Shown here in pieces: positions 44,687 to 55,110 of a DNA stretch of 64,000 bases. Under the pieces are notes generated by a model that made no database searches, was not told where the DNA came from, and worked only from the letters and a program-made list of their open reading frames with translations. Positions within the stretch are counted from its first letter, which is position 1. Every line of letters begins with the position of its first letter. The stretch is from an uncultured virus (IMG/VR IMGVR_UViG_3300042260_000394) (Duplodnaviria; Heunggongvirae; Uroviricota; Caudoviricetes). The stretch lies in IMG/VR virus record IMGVR_UViG_3300042260_000394, one strand, 5' to 3'. The position numbers and the translations under genes were made by a program.

Positions 44687-45898
44687 TTACTTGATTGCGC
44701 GAAGCAGGATTGTTTCTGGACTAATTCGTCCTTTTAGCTTGGTCTCAACACTTTTAATAGTATCCATAAACTTACGAAGCCCGGGCTTACCTTGCGTTTT
44801 AAACTCAGCTAGCTTTTCTGCAGGCTTGCGTAGTGTCTTGCAGGTACTCTTAAGTTCGTCAAAACCAACAATAGCAGAACCTTTAACACCAAGTGTGCTA
44901 ATAGCCATATCCCCGTGTGTAGATACTACGAAGCGGCCCAACTTGCGTGTCTTAGTATTGTAAGTCCACAGCTCGCTCATGCCCAAAATCTCAGTTGGGT
45001 TAATACTCTTAAGTCCAAGTTCAGCAAACTCCTTAAGATACTTGAGACTTTTAACTTGACGCTCAGGGGGGACTGGCTTGCGCTTGGGTTTGGCACGAGT
45101 AGCAATCTTGCTTGTCTTATATGCCATAGCATCGTTAATAATGCTTTCATACATTTTAATGTATGCCTTAACTTCACGCTTGCCTAGATGCTTGTATGCT
45201 TCCATCAACTGACCATCTTTGCCTTCAAGCAATTCATTCATTTCGTTGATGCGTGGTTGAATTAGATCCACAATCTTTGACGAGTATTGTACTGCAATAT
45301 TTGCCACTGACAGCAAGTGGAATACCTTAGGGTCCTTGCCATCTGTAATAAAGTCGTCAATTGCTCCTTCGATATCACCCATTGTTTCGCTAAACTTTTC
45401 GGCCAGACGATCTTGGATAGTTTCTTTCTTTACAACAGGAACATCTTTTTCTGCTTCAACTTCGTCAGCATCATCTTTGCCTGCTTTTACAGACTTTTCA
45501 ATTTCAGCTTTTAACCAAGCGGCAGTATCTCGTCCTTGATTAAATCCAGGGTGTACTGCGGGCATGCCTCGTACCAAGCATGCGGCAACACCGCAAAGTG
45601 TAGAAGAAACACGAGTGTCTTTTAGTTTACGGAATTCTGCGATAGCATCTTTCTTATACCCTGCAGATTCCATCCACTCTGCTACTTTTGGACGCAACTC
45701 TTTGGTGCTACTTTCCAGTCGGTAGTACTCCATAGCACGACGGAAGTGTCGTGTAAATTGCTCGCCATCGAACTCTACGGCACCTTCCCAACTTGGGCTA
45801 AAGTCCTTAACTCCGCGGCCGCGTTGGGCATTTACTTGTTTAGCAGTGACCCGTGTTTTCTTGACAGGTGCCGCTTTTTTCTTGGTTGCAGTAGCCAT
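44687..45898 (-). CDS. Early hypothetical protein
   Basis: 403-aa ORF with GGAG SD and a perfect sigma70 promoter. Confidence 0.75.
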   Translation of the reverse strand: MATATKKKAAPVKKTRVTAKQVNAQRGRGVKDFSPSWEGAVEFDGEQFTRHFRRAMEYYRLESSTKELRPKVAEWMESAGYKKDAIAEFRKLKDTRVSSTLCGVAACLVRGMPAVHPGFNQGRDTAAWLKAEIEKSVKAGKDDADEVEAEKDVPVVKKETIQDRLAEKFSETMGDIEGAIDDFITDGKDPKVFHLLSVANIAVQYSSKIVDLIQPRINEMNELLEGKDGQLMEAYKHLGKREVKAYIKMYESIINDAMAYKTSKIATRAKPKRKPVPPERQVKSLKYLKEFAELGLKSINPTEILGMSELWTYNTKTRKLGRFVVSTHGDMAISTLGVKGSAIVGFDELKSTCKTLRKPAEKLAEFKTQGKPGLRKFMDTIKSVETKLKGRISPETILLRAIK

Positions 45899-45929
45899 TT
45901 CTTACTCCGTTTAGTGTCGCAATGATGTT

Positions 45930-45968
45930 ATTATAACTTATCAGTGAACTCCTGTCAACCGGTAAATA
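45930..45968. promoter_or_regulatory. Back-to-back sigma70 promoter (minus) and late promoter (plus)
   Basis: TTGACA-17 nt-TATAAT at 45930-45958 (minus); TAAATA at 45963-45968 (plus). Confidence 0.8.
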
Positions 45969-46008
45969 ACACTAAGAAACAGGTCCTTTTTGGTCCTGCA
46001 GGGAAAAC

Positions 46009-47100
46009 ATGCCTAAATTATCACTTTGGAAAAACGCTAAAACGCAAGATTACCACTATCAGGACCGCTTGATCCGCGAAGCTGTGGGTGCAGGCGGCAC
46101 CTCTATACTGATCCACAAATATCTTGGACCAGCGGCTGTTGAAGATGGTTCTGATCCTGCCAAGCCAAACTTGGCTGAAAAGGGTGAGATCAACGAAATG
46201 GATATCCAGGACATTTTGTTCATGGAAAACCGCGATCGTGTGTACGATACAACTGTTTATGAACTTCGTGGAACTTATAATGTAAGCGATCAAGACTTTG
46301 ATTTGAGTCAGTTTGGTTTATTCTTAAATGCCGACACCTTGTTTATCACCTTCCACACCAACGAAATGGTAGAACGATTGGGCCGCAAACTAATGGCCGG
46401 CGATGTGCTTGAATTGCCTCACTTGAATGACGACTTGTTGTTAGATGCCAACGCAAAAAGCATTAACAAATTTTATGCTGTTCAGGATGCCGCACGTTCA
46501 GCAGAAGGTTTTGGTCCAACCTGGTGGCCACACTTGTGGCGTATCAAAGCCGCACCTATTAACGATGCACAAGAGTATCGTAGCTTGCTGGGCGATCCTG
46601 AAGATGAAGATAGTTTGAAAAATGCGTTGAGTACGTACAACAAAGAAATTGCAATTTCAAATGCCATTGTTGCGTCTGCTGAAGTTATTACACCAGCCGC
46701 TGGTTATAAGAATACAGAGTTTACTGAATCAACTTATGCTCCAGTTATCAATGGATTTGACGGATCTGGCGAGTCGAGCCTAGCTGTTAACTCTTCCGAA
46801 AACGTAGCAGTTGGCGGTGATACTACCCACATCAATTCTGGATTGTCATTCCCTATTGATCCGTCACAAGGTGATTTGTTTGTTAGAAATGATTTCCAAC
46901 CACAACGACTATTTGTGTATCGTGGCAACAAGTGGCATAGACTTGCCGACAACTCAGCTTCAACTGGTTGGGCAACATCTGCAACTAATGCAGGACCGTT
47001 TATCAATAATTCAGCAACTACAACAAATAACGCTGGTGAAACTATTCCACAACGTCAAGCACTAAGTGGTGTATTTGTTAAACCTAAGGCAGACAATTAA
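46009..47100 (+). CDS. Neck/head-closure protein (gp14-like)
   Basis: D.LF.E.R...Y, LSQFGLFL..D.LFITFH, GDVLELPH. Confidence 0.8.
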   Translation: MPKLSLWKNAKTQDYHYQDRLIREAVGAGGTSILIHKYLGPAAVEDGSDPAKPNLAEKGEINEMDIQDILFMENRDRVYDTTVYELRGTYNVSDQDFDLSQFGLFLNADTLFITFHTNEMVERLGRKLMAGDVLELPHLNDDLLLDANAKSINKFYAVQDAARSAEGFGPTWWPHLWRIKAAPINDAQEYRSLLGDPEDEDSLKNALSTYNKEIAISNAIVASAEVITPAAGYKNTEFTESTYAPVINGFDGSGESSLAVNSSENVAVGGDTTHINSGLSFPIDPSQGDLFVRNDFQPQRLFVYRGNKWHRLADNSASTGWATSATNAGPFINNSATTTNNAGETIPQRQALSGVFVKPKADN

Positions 47101-48455
47101 TGGCACAACAATATTTTTATGACCACCAAATAAGACGTTGGTTACTACAATTCATGAGACTGTTCGGAGGCTTTAGTGTAAAGATGGGCAAGGATGCGAC
47201 TGGTGCAGATAACTATCATCAAGTGCCTGTGCGCTATGGCGATACAACTCGTATGAGCCAACACATACTTCGCTCTAACAGTGAAAACACTATTCTAAGT
47301 GTTCCTGCTATTAGCTGTTACATCGCCGAGCTTGTTCCAAATGCTGAACGCCGTATGACTCCTTCGTTTGAAGATAGCGTACAAATTTACGAAAAGAAAT
47401 ATGATCCAGTAGGACAAACATTTGAAGATGCTGTCGCTGAAACTTACACATTAGAGCGTCACGCACCTATCCCGTTTGACTTGACAATCAACGTTGATGT
47501 GTGGACTAGTAATACAGAACAAAAGCTACAACTACTTGAACAGATTCTATTATTGTTTAACCCAAGTGTAAACTTACAAAGCAGTCAAAACCCATACGAC
47601 TGGACAAGTTTAGCAGTAGTTGAACTAATTAACGTTACATGGACTGCACGTAGTATTCCACAGGGCACTGATGATATCATTGATGTTGCAAGTTTAATCT
47701 TCTCGTTGCCTATCTTCTTGACACCACCTGCTAAAGTTAAGCGTCAGGTCCTTATCCACAGTATCTTAAACAATATCACTGGTGACTATCAGTTTATTGA
47801 CGACATTACAATTGGTCTTAATAACAAGCCTATTTCATCGCGACAGTGGATTACATTCAAGGATAGACACATCCGTGTTACTAACGATTCAATACAATTG
47901 CTGACTAATAGAAACACTACAACTGACACAGAAAATGTTGTACCAGCAACACTACGCTGGAACGAACACTTTCAAAACTATGGTGGGTTTAAAAATGGTA
48001 TCACTGAAATTAGATTAAAACTTGGAAGTGCAATAGACCCGCACGAAGTAATTTTAAGAATCACTGAGAATACCGAAAACGAAAACTTATTGTTCTATAC
48101 GGTGGATACTTCGACACTTCCTAACGATACTATCTCTATGATCAATGGTGTAGTGGATCCAACACGAAGTGCTCCAGGTAATGGCAACATTCCGCCTGTG
48201 CAAGCTGGCCAGCGTTACTTACTAACTGAATCTGTTCCGCAAACAGGATTATGGGGTACAGTGATTGCAGATGCCAATGACATTATCGAATACAACGGAA
48301 GCAACTGGATTGTTAGCTTTGATGCAAGTGCAGTCAATGCACCTGCTTATACTACCAACGCAAACACCATGGTCAAGTTGTACTACACTGGCACTGAATG
48401 GGTAGTAGCTATTGAGGGAATATTCGAACAAGGCTACTGGCGCATTGTCAACTAA
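47100..48455 (+). CDS. Tail sheath stabiliser/terminator (gp15-like)
   Basis: YFYD.QIRR...F..LF, VPVRYG, PIPFDL, QLLEQILLLFNP. Confidence 0.85.
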   Translation: MAQQYFYDHQIRRWLLQFMRLFGGFSVKMGKDATGADNYHQVPVRYGDTTRMSQHILRSNSENTILSVPAISCYIAELVPNAERRMTPSFEDSVQIYEKKYDPVGQTFEDAVAETYTLERHAPIPFDLTINVDVWTSNTEQKLQLLEQILLLFNPSVNLQSSQNPYDWTSLAVVELINVTWTARSIPQGTDDIIDVASLIFSLPIFLTPPAKVKRQVLIHSILNNITGDYQFIDDITIGLNNKPISSRQWITFKDRHIRVTNDSIQLLTNRNTTTDTENVVPATLRWNEHFQNYGGFKNGITEIRLKLGSAIDPHEVILRITENTENENLLFYTVDTSTLPNDTISMINGVVDPTRSAPGNGNIPPVQAGQRYLLTESVPQTGLWGTVIADANDIIEYNGSNWIVSFDASAVNAPAYTTNANTMVKLYYTGTEWVVAIEGIFEQGYWRIVN

Positions 48456-48463
48456 ATATTTTT

Positions 48464-48895
48464 ATGAGAGCTGTTGGCGCATTAATCGTTAGTAAGAAAA
48501 CAGGGAGAGCTATGATGCAACTTCGTAGCCCTTCTGAAACGCATAGCATGTGCTGGGGCTTATGGGGTGGCAAGTTAGATGGCAATGAAGGCGACCTCGA
48601 AGGACTAAAGCGAGAGTTGTGTGAGGAGCTTGGTTATCCAGGCGTTCCAAATACTATTGCAATGAGTCACGTGTATACTTTTACAACTCGAGACAAACGC
48701 TTTCGCCATGTTAGCTATTTGATATTGTGCGAAGAAGAATTCGTCCCTACAGTAGACGAAGAAAGTGCTGGCTACTGTTGGGTTAACTTGTGGGAATGGC
48801 CGCAACCGCTACATCGTAATACTGCAAAAATGTTTAACAGTAGGGGCTTTCGAGAAGCATTAGAAGGTTTATTGGATGGCGTTAAGAGTAATTAA
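48464..48895 (+). CDS. Nudix hydrolase
   Basis: WGLWGGKLDGNE...LKRELCEELG Nudix box. Confidence 0.88.
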   Translation: MRAVGALIVSKKTGRAMMQLRSPSETHSMCWGLWGGKLDGNEGDLEGLKRELCEELGYPGVPNTIAMSHVYTFTTRDKRFRHVSYLILCEEEFVPTVDEESAGYCWVNLWEWPQPLHRNTAKMFNSRGFREALEGLLDGVKSN

Positions 48896-49307
48896 AAATA
48901 CTTTGCGCCAGCCAGAAATATATACAGGGCCGCATCGACAAATTGATGTAGAGCAATGTTGGCAAAGTCACTTAAACAATCCGCTGTTAAATAAGCTATA
49001 TAAAGATTCTGTATGTTACACAGAACGTTGGTACTTAGAAACTCGTCGACTTATAAACGAAGAACTATGGTATCATCCGTTATTGACTAGCTTATTGTTA
49101 GACGAAAAACTAAAACTTGATTTGATAAAAAGTACTATCGTTGATGCTGTTAACATGCGAAGTATCTTAAACGATCAACGTTATCCAGAGTTTCAGTTGT
49201 CAGCTGGTGTTAACTTAAAAAAGCTCACTCGCTGGTGTGCATTTTTTGTTAGCTTGCCCGATTCACATGAAACTCTTGTTGCCCTAAATGGCCAATCTCC
49301 CGACTAA
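48876..49307 (+). CDS. Hypothetical protein
   Basis: Overlaps the Nudix gene end, convergent with the glycosyltransferase. Confidence 0.6.
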   Translation: MALRVIKNTLRQPEIYTGPHRQIDVEQCWQSHLNNPLLNKLYKDSVCYTERWYLETRRLINEELWYHPLLTSLLLDEKLKLDLIKSTIVDAVNMRSILNDQRYPEFQLSAGVNLKKLTRWCAFFVSLPDSHETLVALNGQSPD

Positions 49308-49905
49308 GATCCAAGTCACACCAAATCTTGATTTCATTGTGATCAAGTAAATCACAAAATCCCATATCTTCACCATGCCATGTTGAACTTGGTGCATGCC
49401 ACTTTAGCGGAAAGTGCGGGCTTGGCATTTCATCTGCAATAGATGCTCGCATTAACAAGCAACCAAATCCAGTGTAACGTACTTGAGTCAACCCGTGTCC
49501 TGTAGTGTCAACTGGCTCTACTGGTTCTATAGAATGAAATGCAGTTGGATGGAAAGGCGGTACACGTTTTGAATATGTTGCACATACCACTTTCTTTTTG
49601 TGCTCTAATAGTCTAACAATGACATCTTCAGGGAATGTCATGTCGCTGTCAAGCCACATGACGTGTTCTGCATTGTATTTGTCAACTGCAAGATTAAGCA
49701 ACACTTGTCGTTGGTTGCTTAGTACTGTGCCAGCATCCATTTCAAGTATTACAGGAATACCTTGTTGTTCTGTGTATTTGATAGCTTGAACCAAACAGTA
49801 GGTAAACTTTGCATGTACCATTCCGTTAGTGGGAACACAGACCACAACCTGCTCACTTAGAACAGGTTGATGGTCAAACACACTACGAGCCGACTTGCCG
49901 AACAT
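49249..49905 (-). CDS. GT-A fold (family 2-like) glycosyltransferase
   Basis: VVCVPT, WLDSDM (DxD), TGFGCLL, GEDMGFC, GH. Confidence 0.85.
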   Translation of the reverse strand: MFGKSARSVFDHQPVLSEQVVVCVPTNGMVHAKFTYCLVQAIKYTEQQGIPVILEMDAGTVLSNQRQVLLNLAVDKYNAEHVMWLDSDMTFPEDVIVRLLEHKKKVVCATYSKRVPPFHPTAFHSIEPVEPVDTTGHGLTQVRYTGFGCLLMRASIADEMPSPHFPLKWHAPSSTWHGEDMGFCDLLDHNEIKIWCDLDLSREIGHLGQQEFHVNRAS

Positions 49906-50414
49906 TACTCTTCAGAATCGTCAACGTTGGCCAAATTGGCTTTGCGTTCTGCTAGTCGTGTTGTCTTGTTAATAACGTTCAAGAAGGTTTGGCAACGGCT
50001 AATAGTTTGCTCATACAACTCTGCTGGCAACTTTAACATTTGCGCCATATTTTCAGTTGTAACATTCTGGGTCAATGCTTCGACTGCGGCTTTGCGTGCA
50101 AGCTCTTCGACCCAGAATTGTGGTTCTGCTTCTTCAACTGCTGTAGCAATGTCTGTACCAATTTCAGCTTGTAATTCTGCAATGCGTCCGTTGATAATGT
50201 TCATCTCATTGAGAATAATTTGTTTTTGCCAATCGGTTGTTGCTTTTTCTAATTCGCTGTTTAAGAATTCCATCTCTTGGCAAAGAGAAACTAACAAGCG
50301 CGGTCCGCTTGCTACGCTATATACAAAATTTTCTCTTTCAAAATTTGTACGGAATGGGACTTGTTTTAATACTGCTCGTGTATTGTTTAGGATTTCGTTT
50401 TGAGTTAGTGGCAT
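49905..50414 (-). CDS. Helical hypothetical protein
   Basis: AGGAG SD; TAATG-coupled to the glycosyltransferase. Confidence 0.7.
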   Translation of the reverse strand: MPLTQNEILNNTRAVLKQVPFRTNFERENFVYSVASGPRLLVSLCQEMEFLNSELEKATTDWQKQIILNEMNIINGRIAELQAEIGTDIATAVEEAEPQFWVEELARKAAVEALTQNVTTENMAQMLKLPAELYEQTISRCQTFLNVINKTTRLAERKANLANVDDSEE

Positions 50415-50468
50415 GAAAGCTCCTTCTATGTTCTACTATGTATCATTTTAATTTTAGAAATTTTAGCC

Positions 50469-50498
50469 AAAAAGAAAGGGTGTTGCCACCCTTTCTTT
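50469..50498 (-). terminator. Rho-independent terminator
   Basis: AAAGAAAGGGTG-4 nt-CACCCTTTCTTT. Confidence 0.8.
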
Positions 50499-50511
50499 AC
50501 GCATAACACTA

Positions 50512-50694
50512 TTAGATGTTATATGGTGTTGTACGGCCACCAAAGCGACTACTTAAACTAACAGAGCCAGAACCGATACCTAAGTATCCGCCTAACGTAC
50601 CACGTAGCGATACGTTAGAACCTGTTGTGTTAGAGTAACCTCGTTTGACGTTACCAAACGTAATTGCTGATCCAGTTGCTGGAAGAATTGCCAT
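50512..50694 (-). CDS. Small Gly/Ser-rich fibre-associated protein
   Basis: GAGG SD; LPATGSAITF...SVSLSSRFGG pattern typical of genes following S74 fibres. Confidence 0.7.
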   Translation of the reverse strand: MAILPATGSAITFGNVKRGYSNTTGSNVSLRGTLGGYLGIGSGSVSLSSRFGGRTTPYNI

Positions 50695-50720
50695 TTTATT
50701 TGCCTCCTCTAGTCAATGGA

Positions 50721-52364
50721 TTAGTGTAAAGTCTTCTTTACAAGCGCCTGTAGTTCCTCGATTTGTGCTTGTTGTTCTTTAACAGCGTTAACTAGAACAG
50801 AAACAACTTTGTCATAACGAATAGTCTTGTAACCTGCAATAGCAGATTGTGTAACCAATTCTGGTAGTACTGCTTCAACTTCGTCAGCCATTAGACCAAT
50901 TTGATCCATGTGCTTTGGAAGACCTAAAGACTCGGCTAATTCGCTAGAGTCGTATGTGTAACCGTTGATTGCCATAACTTTGTTTAAAGCGCCGTCGATC
51001 TTAGATACGTTTGTTTTCAAGCGTGAGTCAGAGTAGTAAGCTGTAATTTCACCAGTTGCTGTGATAGAACCTTGAACTGCGATTGAACCAGTAAATGTAC
51101 CACCGCCAAATGGGTTGCCAGAAGGACCTGTTGGACCAGTGGCGCCTGTTGGACCTGTTGGACCAGCAACGCCTTGTGGGCCTTGAGCACCTGTAGGACC
51201 TGTAGGACCTGTTGGACCTGTTGGACCAGCTACCGTAGAAGCCGCACCTGTTGGACCTGTAGGACCTGTTGGGCCTGTTGCACCTTGTGGACCTGTTGGA
51301 CCTGTTGGGCCAGCAACACCAACACTCCATGTGCCGTCACCGCGCCAGAATGTACTTGCGCTTGCGTTTGTACCACTGTTTAACTTGCTTACTGGTAGGT
51401 TACCAGCAATACCACTGTGGGTCAAGCCACTAATAGCACTTGACAATTCTGTGTCAGTTGCCATTGCATCTTGAATTTCTTTCAATGTGTCAAAGGCTGC
51501 ACCAGCACCGTTTGTAACTGCGGCAATAGCGGCTGCTTGAGCGGCATTAGCCTTAGAAGTTGCATCAGTTGCGGCTGCGGCAATAGCGGCTGCTTGAGCG
51601 GCATTGGCCTTAGAGCTTGCATCAGTTGCGGCGGCTGTGATAGCGGCTGATTGAGCGGCATTTGCTTTAGTTGTTGCATCAGTTGCGGCTGCGGCAATTG
51701 CTTCAGACTTAGCTGTTGCGGCTTTAGTTGTTGCATCAGTTGCGGCTGCGGCAATTGCTTCAGACTTAGCTGTAGCAATAGCTGTAGTACGAGCAGTAGC
51801 TTCTGCGGCAACTTTTGTAGTTGCATCAGTTGCGGCGGCTGTTTGAGCATTGTTAGCTTTTGTAGTTGCATCAGTTGCGGCTGCGCTGATAGCTTGGCTC
51901 TTTGCTGTAGCAATAGCTGTATCACGAGCAGTAGCTTCAGTTGCTACAGTAGTATCAACATAACCTTTTGTACTTGCATCGCCAGAAGCAGATGGTGTAC
52001 CTAAACCTGTAATCTTGTTGCTGTTCATTGCAACGGCTGCACGGACGTCAATTGCGGCGTCAAAGCGTGTTGCGGCTTTGAAACGAGCTGGATCAGAGAA
52101 AATACCGTCGAAGTTGTCATCTTCTGCGTCAGATGCGCTACCGTCAGTTGTTAATGCTTTGTTAGCAAGAATAGAAACGTTACGCTCTAAGTCAGAAATA
52201 CGACGAAGACTTGATTTGCTACCAGAGAAAACGATATCGTTGTCGCCGACTGTTGTTGCTTCTACTAGAGCACCAGACTTATCGTACTTGTACTCTTTTG
52301 ATTTGTCCAATGATACTTCAGCTGTAGTACCACTGTTCTTTAATTTACGTTTATTATCAGACAT
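50721..52364 (-). CDS. Tail fibre with Ala-rich coiled coil, collagen (G-P-T)n repeats and C-terminal S74 intramolecular chaperone
   Basis: AATDATTKA repeats, GPTGPT repeats (about 51121-51320), [10 protein letters not shown]...GLMADEV..VLPELV. Confidence 0.88.
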   Translation of the reverse strand: MSDNKRKLKNSGTTAEVSLDKSKEYKYDKSGALVEATTVGDNDIVFSGSKSSLRRISDLERNVSILANKALTTDGSASDAEDDNFDGIFSDPARFKAATRFDAAIDVRAAVAMNSNKITGLGTPSASGDASTKGYVDTTVATEATARDTAIATAKSQAISAAATDATTKANNAQTAAATDATTKVAAEATARTTAIATAKSEAIAAAATDATTKAATAKSEAIAAAATDATTKANAAQSAAITAAATDASSKANAAQAAAIAAAATDATSKANAAQAAAIAAVTNGAGAAFDTLKEIQDAMATDTELSSAISGLTHSGIAGNLPVSKLNSGTNASASTFWRGDGTWSVGVAGPTGPTGPQGATGPTGPTGPTGAASTVAGPTGPTGPTGPTGAQGPQGVAGPTGPTGATGPTGPSGNPFGGGTFTGSIAVQGSITATGEITAYYSDSRLKTNVSKIDGALNKVMAINGYTYDSSELAESLGLPKHMDQIGLMADEVEAVLPELVTQSAIAGYKTIRYDKVVSVLVNAVKEQQAQIEELQALVKKTLH

Positions 52365-52474
52365 TTTATCTCCTTTGAGTTTACTGGCACGGAGGACAAA
52401 CTAGTGTTTTCCCAAGTGCGTTGTTGCCAACGTACAGGCAGGGGATGTCAAACCCCTGCCGTTAGCCAGTTAAA

Positions 52475-54394
52475 TTATGCGAACTTTAAACCAGTTACTT
52501 CAATTTCGTCATCTGTAGATAACACACCAGCAACAACTGTCACTGTAGAACCGCTTACGCTAAATTCTGTTGGGCGTAACAATGTACGGTTTACATAAAC
52601 ATTGTAGTGTTTAGCAGTAGCTAAATCAGCAAATGTAAACGCAACTGTACCTGTTGCATTAGTTGTGGCTTGTGCAGAAGTTACAGATTGGAAAGCACTG
52701 TGGAAGTTTGTTAAACCGCTGCCAACACGAGTTGCTACGCGAGCATCTGTGTAGTATAGGTTTGTAGAACCTTCTGTGATTTCGTCTGTATTATCTTTGC
52801 CGGCAACTGCGGCTGCAATGGCTGCGGCACGAGCAGTAGCTTCGGCAGCAACTTTAGCTGTTGCATCGGCTGCGGCTGTAGCTTCGGCAGCTACTTGAGC
52901 GGCGTTGGCTTTTGTAGTTGCATCAGTTGCGGCTGCGGCAATAGCGGCTGCTTGAGCGGCATTTGCTTTAGTTGTTGCATCAGATGCGGCTGTAGCAATA
53001 GCGGCTGTTACAGATGTAGCTGTGGCTGCACCAGAAATGTCAGCAACACCTAAAGTGATAGAACCACCTAAGGCTGCAACTGCACCGTTAACAGTAATGC
53101 TGTTGTTTGTCAATGAGCTATTAGGGATAGAACCTAAGCTGATTAGACCACTTGCGCTGTTGTAGCTTACACCACTTGAGCTGTTTGAGCTTAATGCGGC
53201 ACGAGCACGAGTGTTTGAGAAGTACAAGTTTGCTGTACCTTCAGACAATGTATCTGTGCTTGTTGCAATTTGTGTGTAAACAGAACCGTCGTTAGTGAAT
53301 GTCCACTTTTGTAAACCTTCGTTCCAACGCAATTGCACGTTTGCTTCGTCACCGCGTTCAACTTCGATACCAGCGTTTTGTGTTGGTGTACCAGTTGCAT
53401 CACTGTTCAATGTAACAATGTTGTCAGCCAAGCTGATTGTGTTAGAGTTAACACTTGTTGTTGTACCTTGAACTGTCATGTTACCAGCGATAACTACGCC
53501 AGTTGCTGTAACTGTCAATGCTGTAGAACCGTCAACTGTAACTGTTACTGTACCAGTGCCGTTGTCAACAACTGCAATGTTTGAGTTACCACTGCTAATA
53601 GTGCTTGTGCTGATAGCAGAAATGCTTGAATCAACATAGCTCTTTGTTGCCGCGTCAGAACCGGCTGTAGGAATACCTAAACCAATTACCTTGTTGCCGT
53701 TTAATTCAACGTCATCACCGAATTGAACTTTGATACCGTCGCTAGAAGTGATACGCTTGCCGGCTGCAATTTGCATTGTACCGTCAATATTAACACCTGT
53801 TGTGCTTGAACCAAATTGTAACAAACCTGTACCAGTTGTAGTGATACGCATGTTCTGATCTAAGTCAGCTGTGAATGTCATTGTACCGCTAGTTTCTGTT
53901 AAAACTTGCTTACCGTTAACATACAAAGAACCTGGACCAACGAACATGTGACGGAAAGGATTCTCTGCCGAACCTAAGTCATATGTGTTTGCCAAACTTG
54001 GGATGATGTGACGTACTGTCAAGTCACCTGTTAATGTAGCACCTGCGAAGCTTGGTGTACCTGTTGTTGACAAGTTTTGAGTTGTGCTAATAACACCTGT
54101 ACCGCTGTTATAGCTGATGCCTGTACCTGCGCTTAATGCGCTACGAGCACGGGCTGTTGTGAAATATTGATTAGAACTTTCTGCAACGTCTGATGTTGAT
54201 AATACAACATCACCTGTTTGTGTGTTTACGCTTGTAACACCACCGATTTCAACAACTGCCGGTACGCCGTTGTCTTTCTTGATAAAGATTTTACCATCAT
54301 GTGTGTTGATAGCTAATTCGCCTAGAGCTAGCTGGGCTGTCGTTGGAACTTTGCCCGCAGTAGAACTACGCTTTAAAATGATTTGATTGGCCAT
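52475..54394 (-). CDS. Tail fibre/virion fibre protein
   Basis: N-terminal ILKRS...P...LALGELAIN.DGKIF, repeated EG..NLY(F/Y)T..RAR, DAATKSYVD. Confidence 0.8.
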   Translation of the reverse strand: MANQIILKRSSTAGKVPTTAQLALGELAINTHDGKIFIKKDNGVPAVVEIGGVTSVNTQTGDVVLSTSDVAESSNQYFTTARARSALSAGTGISYNSGTGVISTTQNLSTTGTPSFAGATLTGDLTVRHIIPSLANTYDLGSAENPFRHMFVGPGSLYVNGKQVLTETSGTMTFTADLDQNMRITTTGTGLLQFGSSTTGVNIDGTMQIAAGKRITSSDGIKVQFGDDVELNGNKVIGLGIPTAGSDAATKSYVDSSISAISTSTISSGNSNIAVVDNGTGTVTVTVDGSTALTVTATGVVIAGNMTVQGTTTSVNSNTISLADNIVTLNSDATGTPTQNAGIEVERGDEANVQLRWNEGLQKWTFTNDGSVYTQIATSTDTLSEGTANLYFSNTRARAALSSNSSSGVSYNSASGLISLGSIPNSSLTNNSITVNGAVAALGGSITLGVADISGAATATSVTAAIATAASDATTKANAAQAAAIAAAATDATTKANAAQVAAEATAAADATAKVAAEATARAAAIAAAVAGKDNTDEITEGSTNLYYTDARVATRVGSGLTNFHSAFQSVTSAQATTNATGTVAFTFADLATAKHYNVYVNRTLLRPTEFSVSGSTVTVVAGVLSTDDEIEVTGLKFA

Positions 54395-54491
54395 TTTGAG
54401 TATATACTCCCTATTGGATGTTTAGCAGGGTGATCGGATCCTGCCTTCCAGAAGTATTTAGCTTATTCGTCTAGTACTGAATGTATATGCT

Positions 54492-54992
54492 TTAAAATTC
54501 GCCGCCATCTAAATCAATGTTTACGGCTGTTATAGATGTGATTTGCCCAGATTCATCTAGTGTGATCACGTTGGTTTTGGCTGCAGAACCATGTGTGCCC
54601 GAATGATCAAAGTTTCCGATGCGGTTTTCTCGATAGAATGTTAGTCCGGTTGTACCTAATGTAATCACACCCGGTGTTGTTAGTGTCCAAAATGTCTGGG
54701 CATGATCGGTACCTTCTTCAACGTACACTCTCATACCACCCGAAACTTCGTATAAGGAGTCAGCGTCTGGTGCCCTGGTTAGTTTACCTGTAACCGAATT
54801 CCAAATGTATATGCCATTCTGAGTAGAATTGGTTTGGCCAGCTAATAGCACACGGTCGCGGTGGACTAATGTAATATTATCGATTACCCAGATACTTCCT
54901 AGCAATGGAACGTGAGTCCGTGCAACTACCCTGACACTGTCCTTACTGTCTGACGCATGACTTACGAATTCTTTTCCGCGAAAAATTGGCAT
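54492..54992 (-). CDS. Fibre-related structural protein
   Basis: DRVLLAGQTNSTQNGIY...RAPDAD, C-terminal LDGGEF. Confidence 0.7.
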   Translation of the reverse strand: MPIFRGKEFVSHASDSKDSVRVVARTHVPLLGSIWVIDNITLVHRDRVLLAGQTNSTQNGIYIWNSVTGKLTRAPDADSLYEVSGGMRVYVEEGTDHAQTFWTLTTPGVITLGTTGLTFYRENRIGNFDHSGTHGSAAKTNVITLDESGQITSITAVNIDLDGGEF

Positions 54993-55056
54993 TTTGAACC
55001 TGATTCAACACAAATAACTGTGTTTTGTATAGGTTATTTATGCTTGCGGCTAAATG

Positions 55057-55082
55057 GAAAGGGTGCATTTCTGCACCCTTTC
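55057..55082. terminator. Stem-loop, probable terminator
   Basis: GAAAGGGTGCA-TTTC-TGCACCCTTTC. Confidence 0.6.
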
Positions 55083-55110
55083 TCTTACTTTACCTTAAAT
55101 TACTTTAAGA

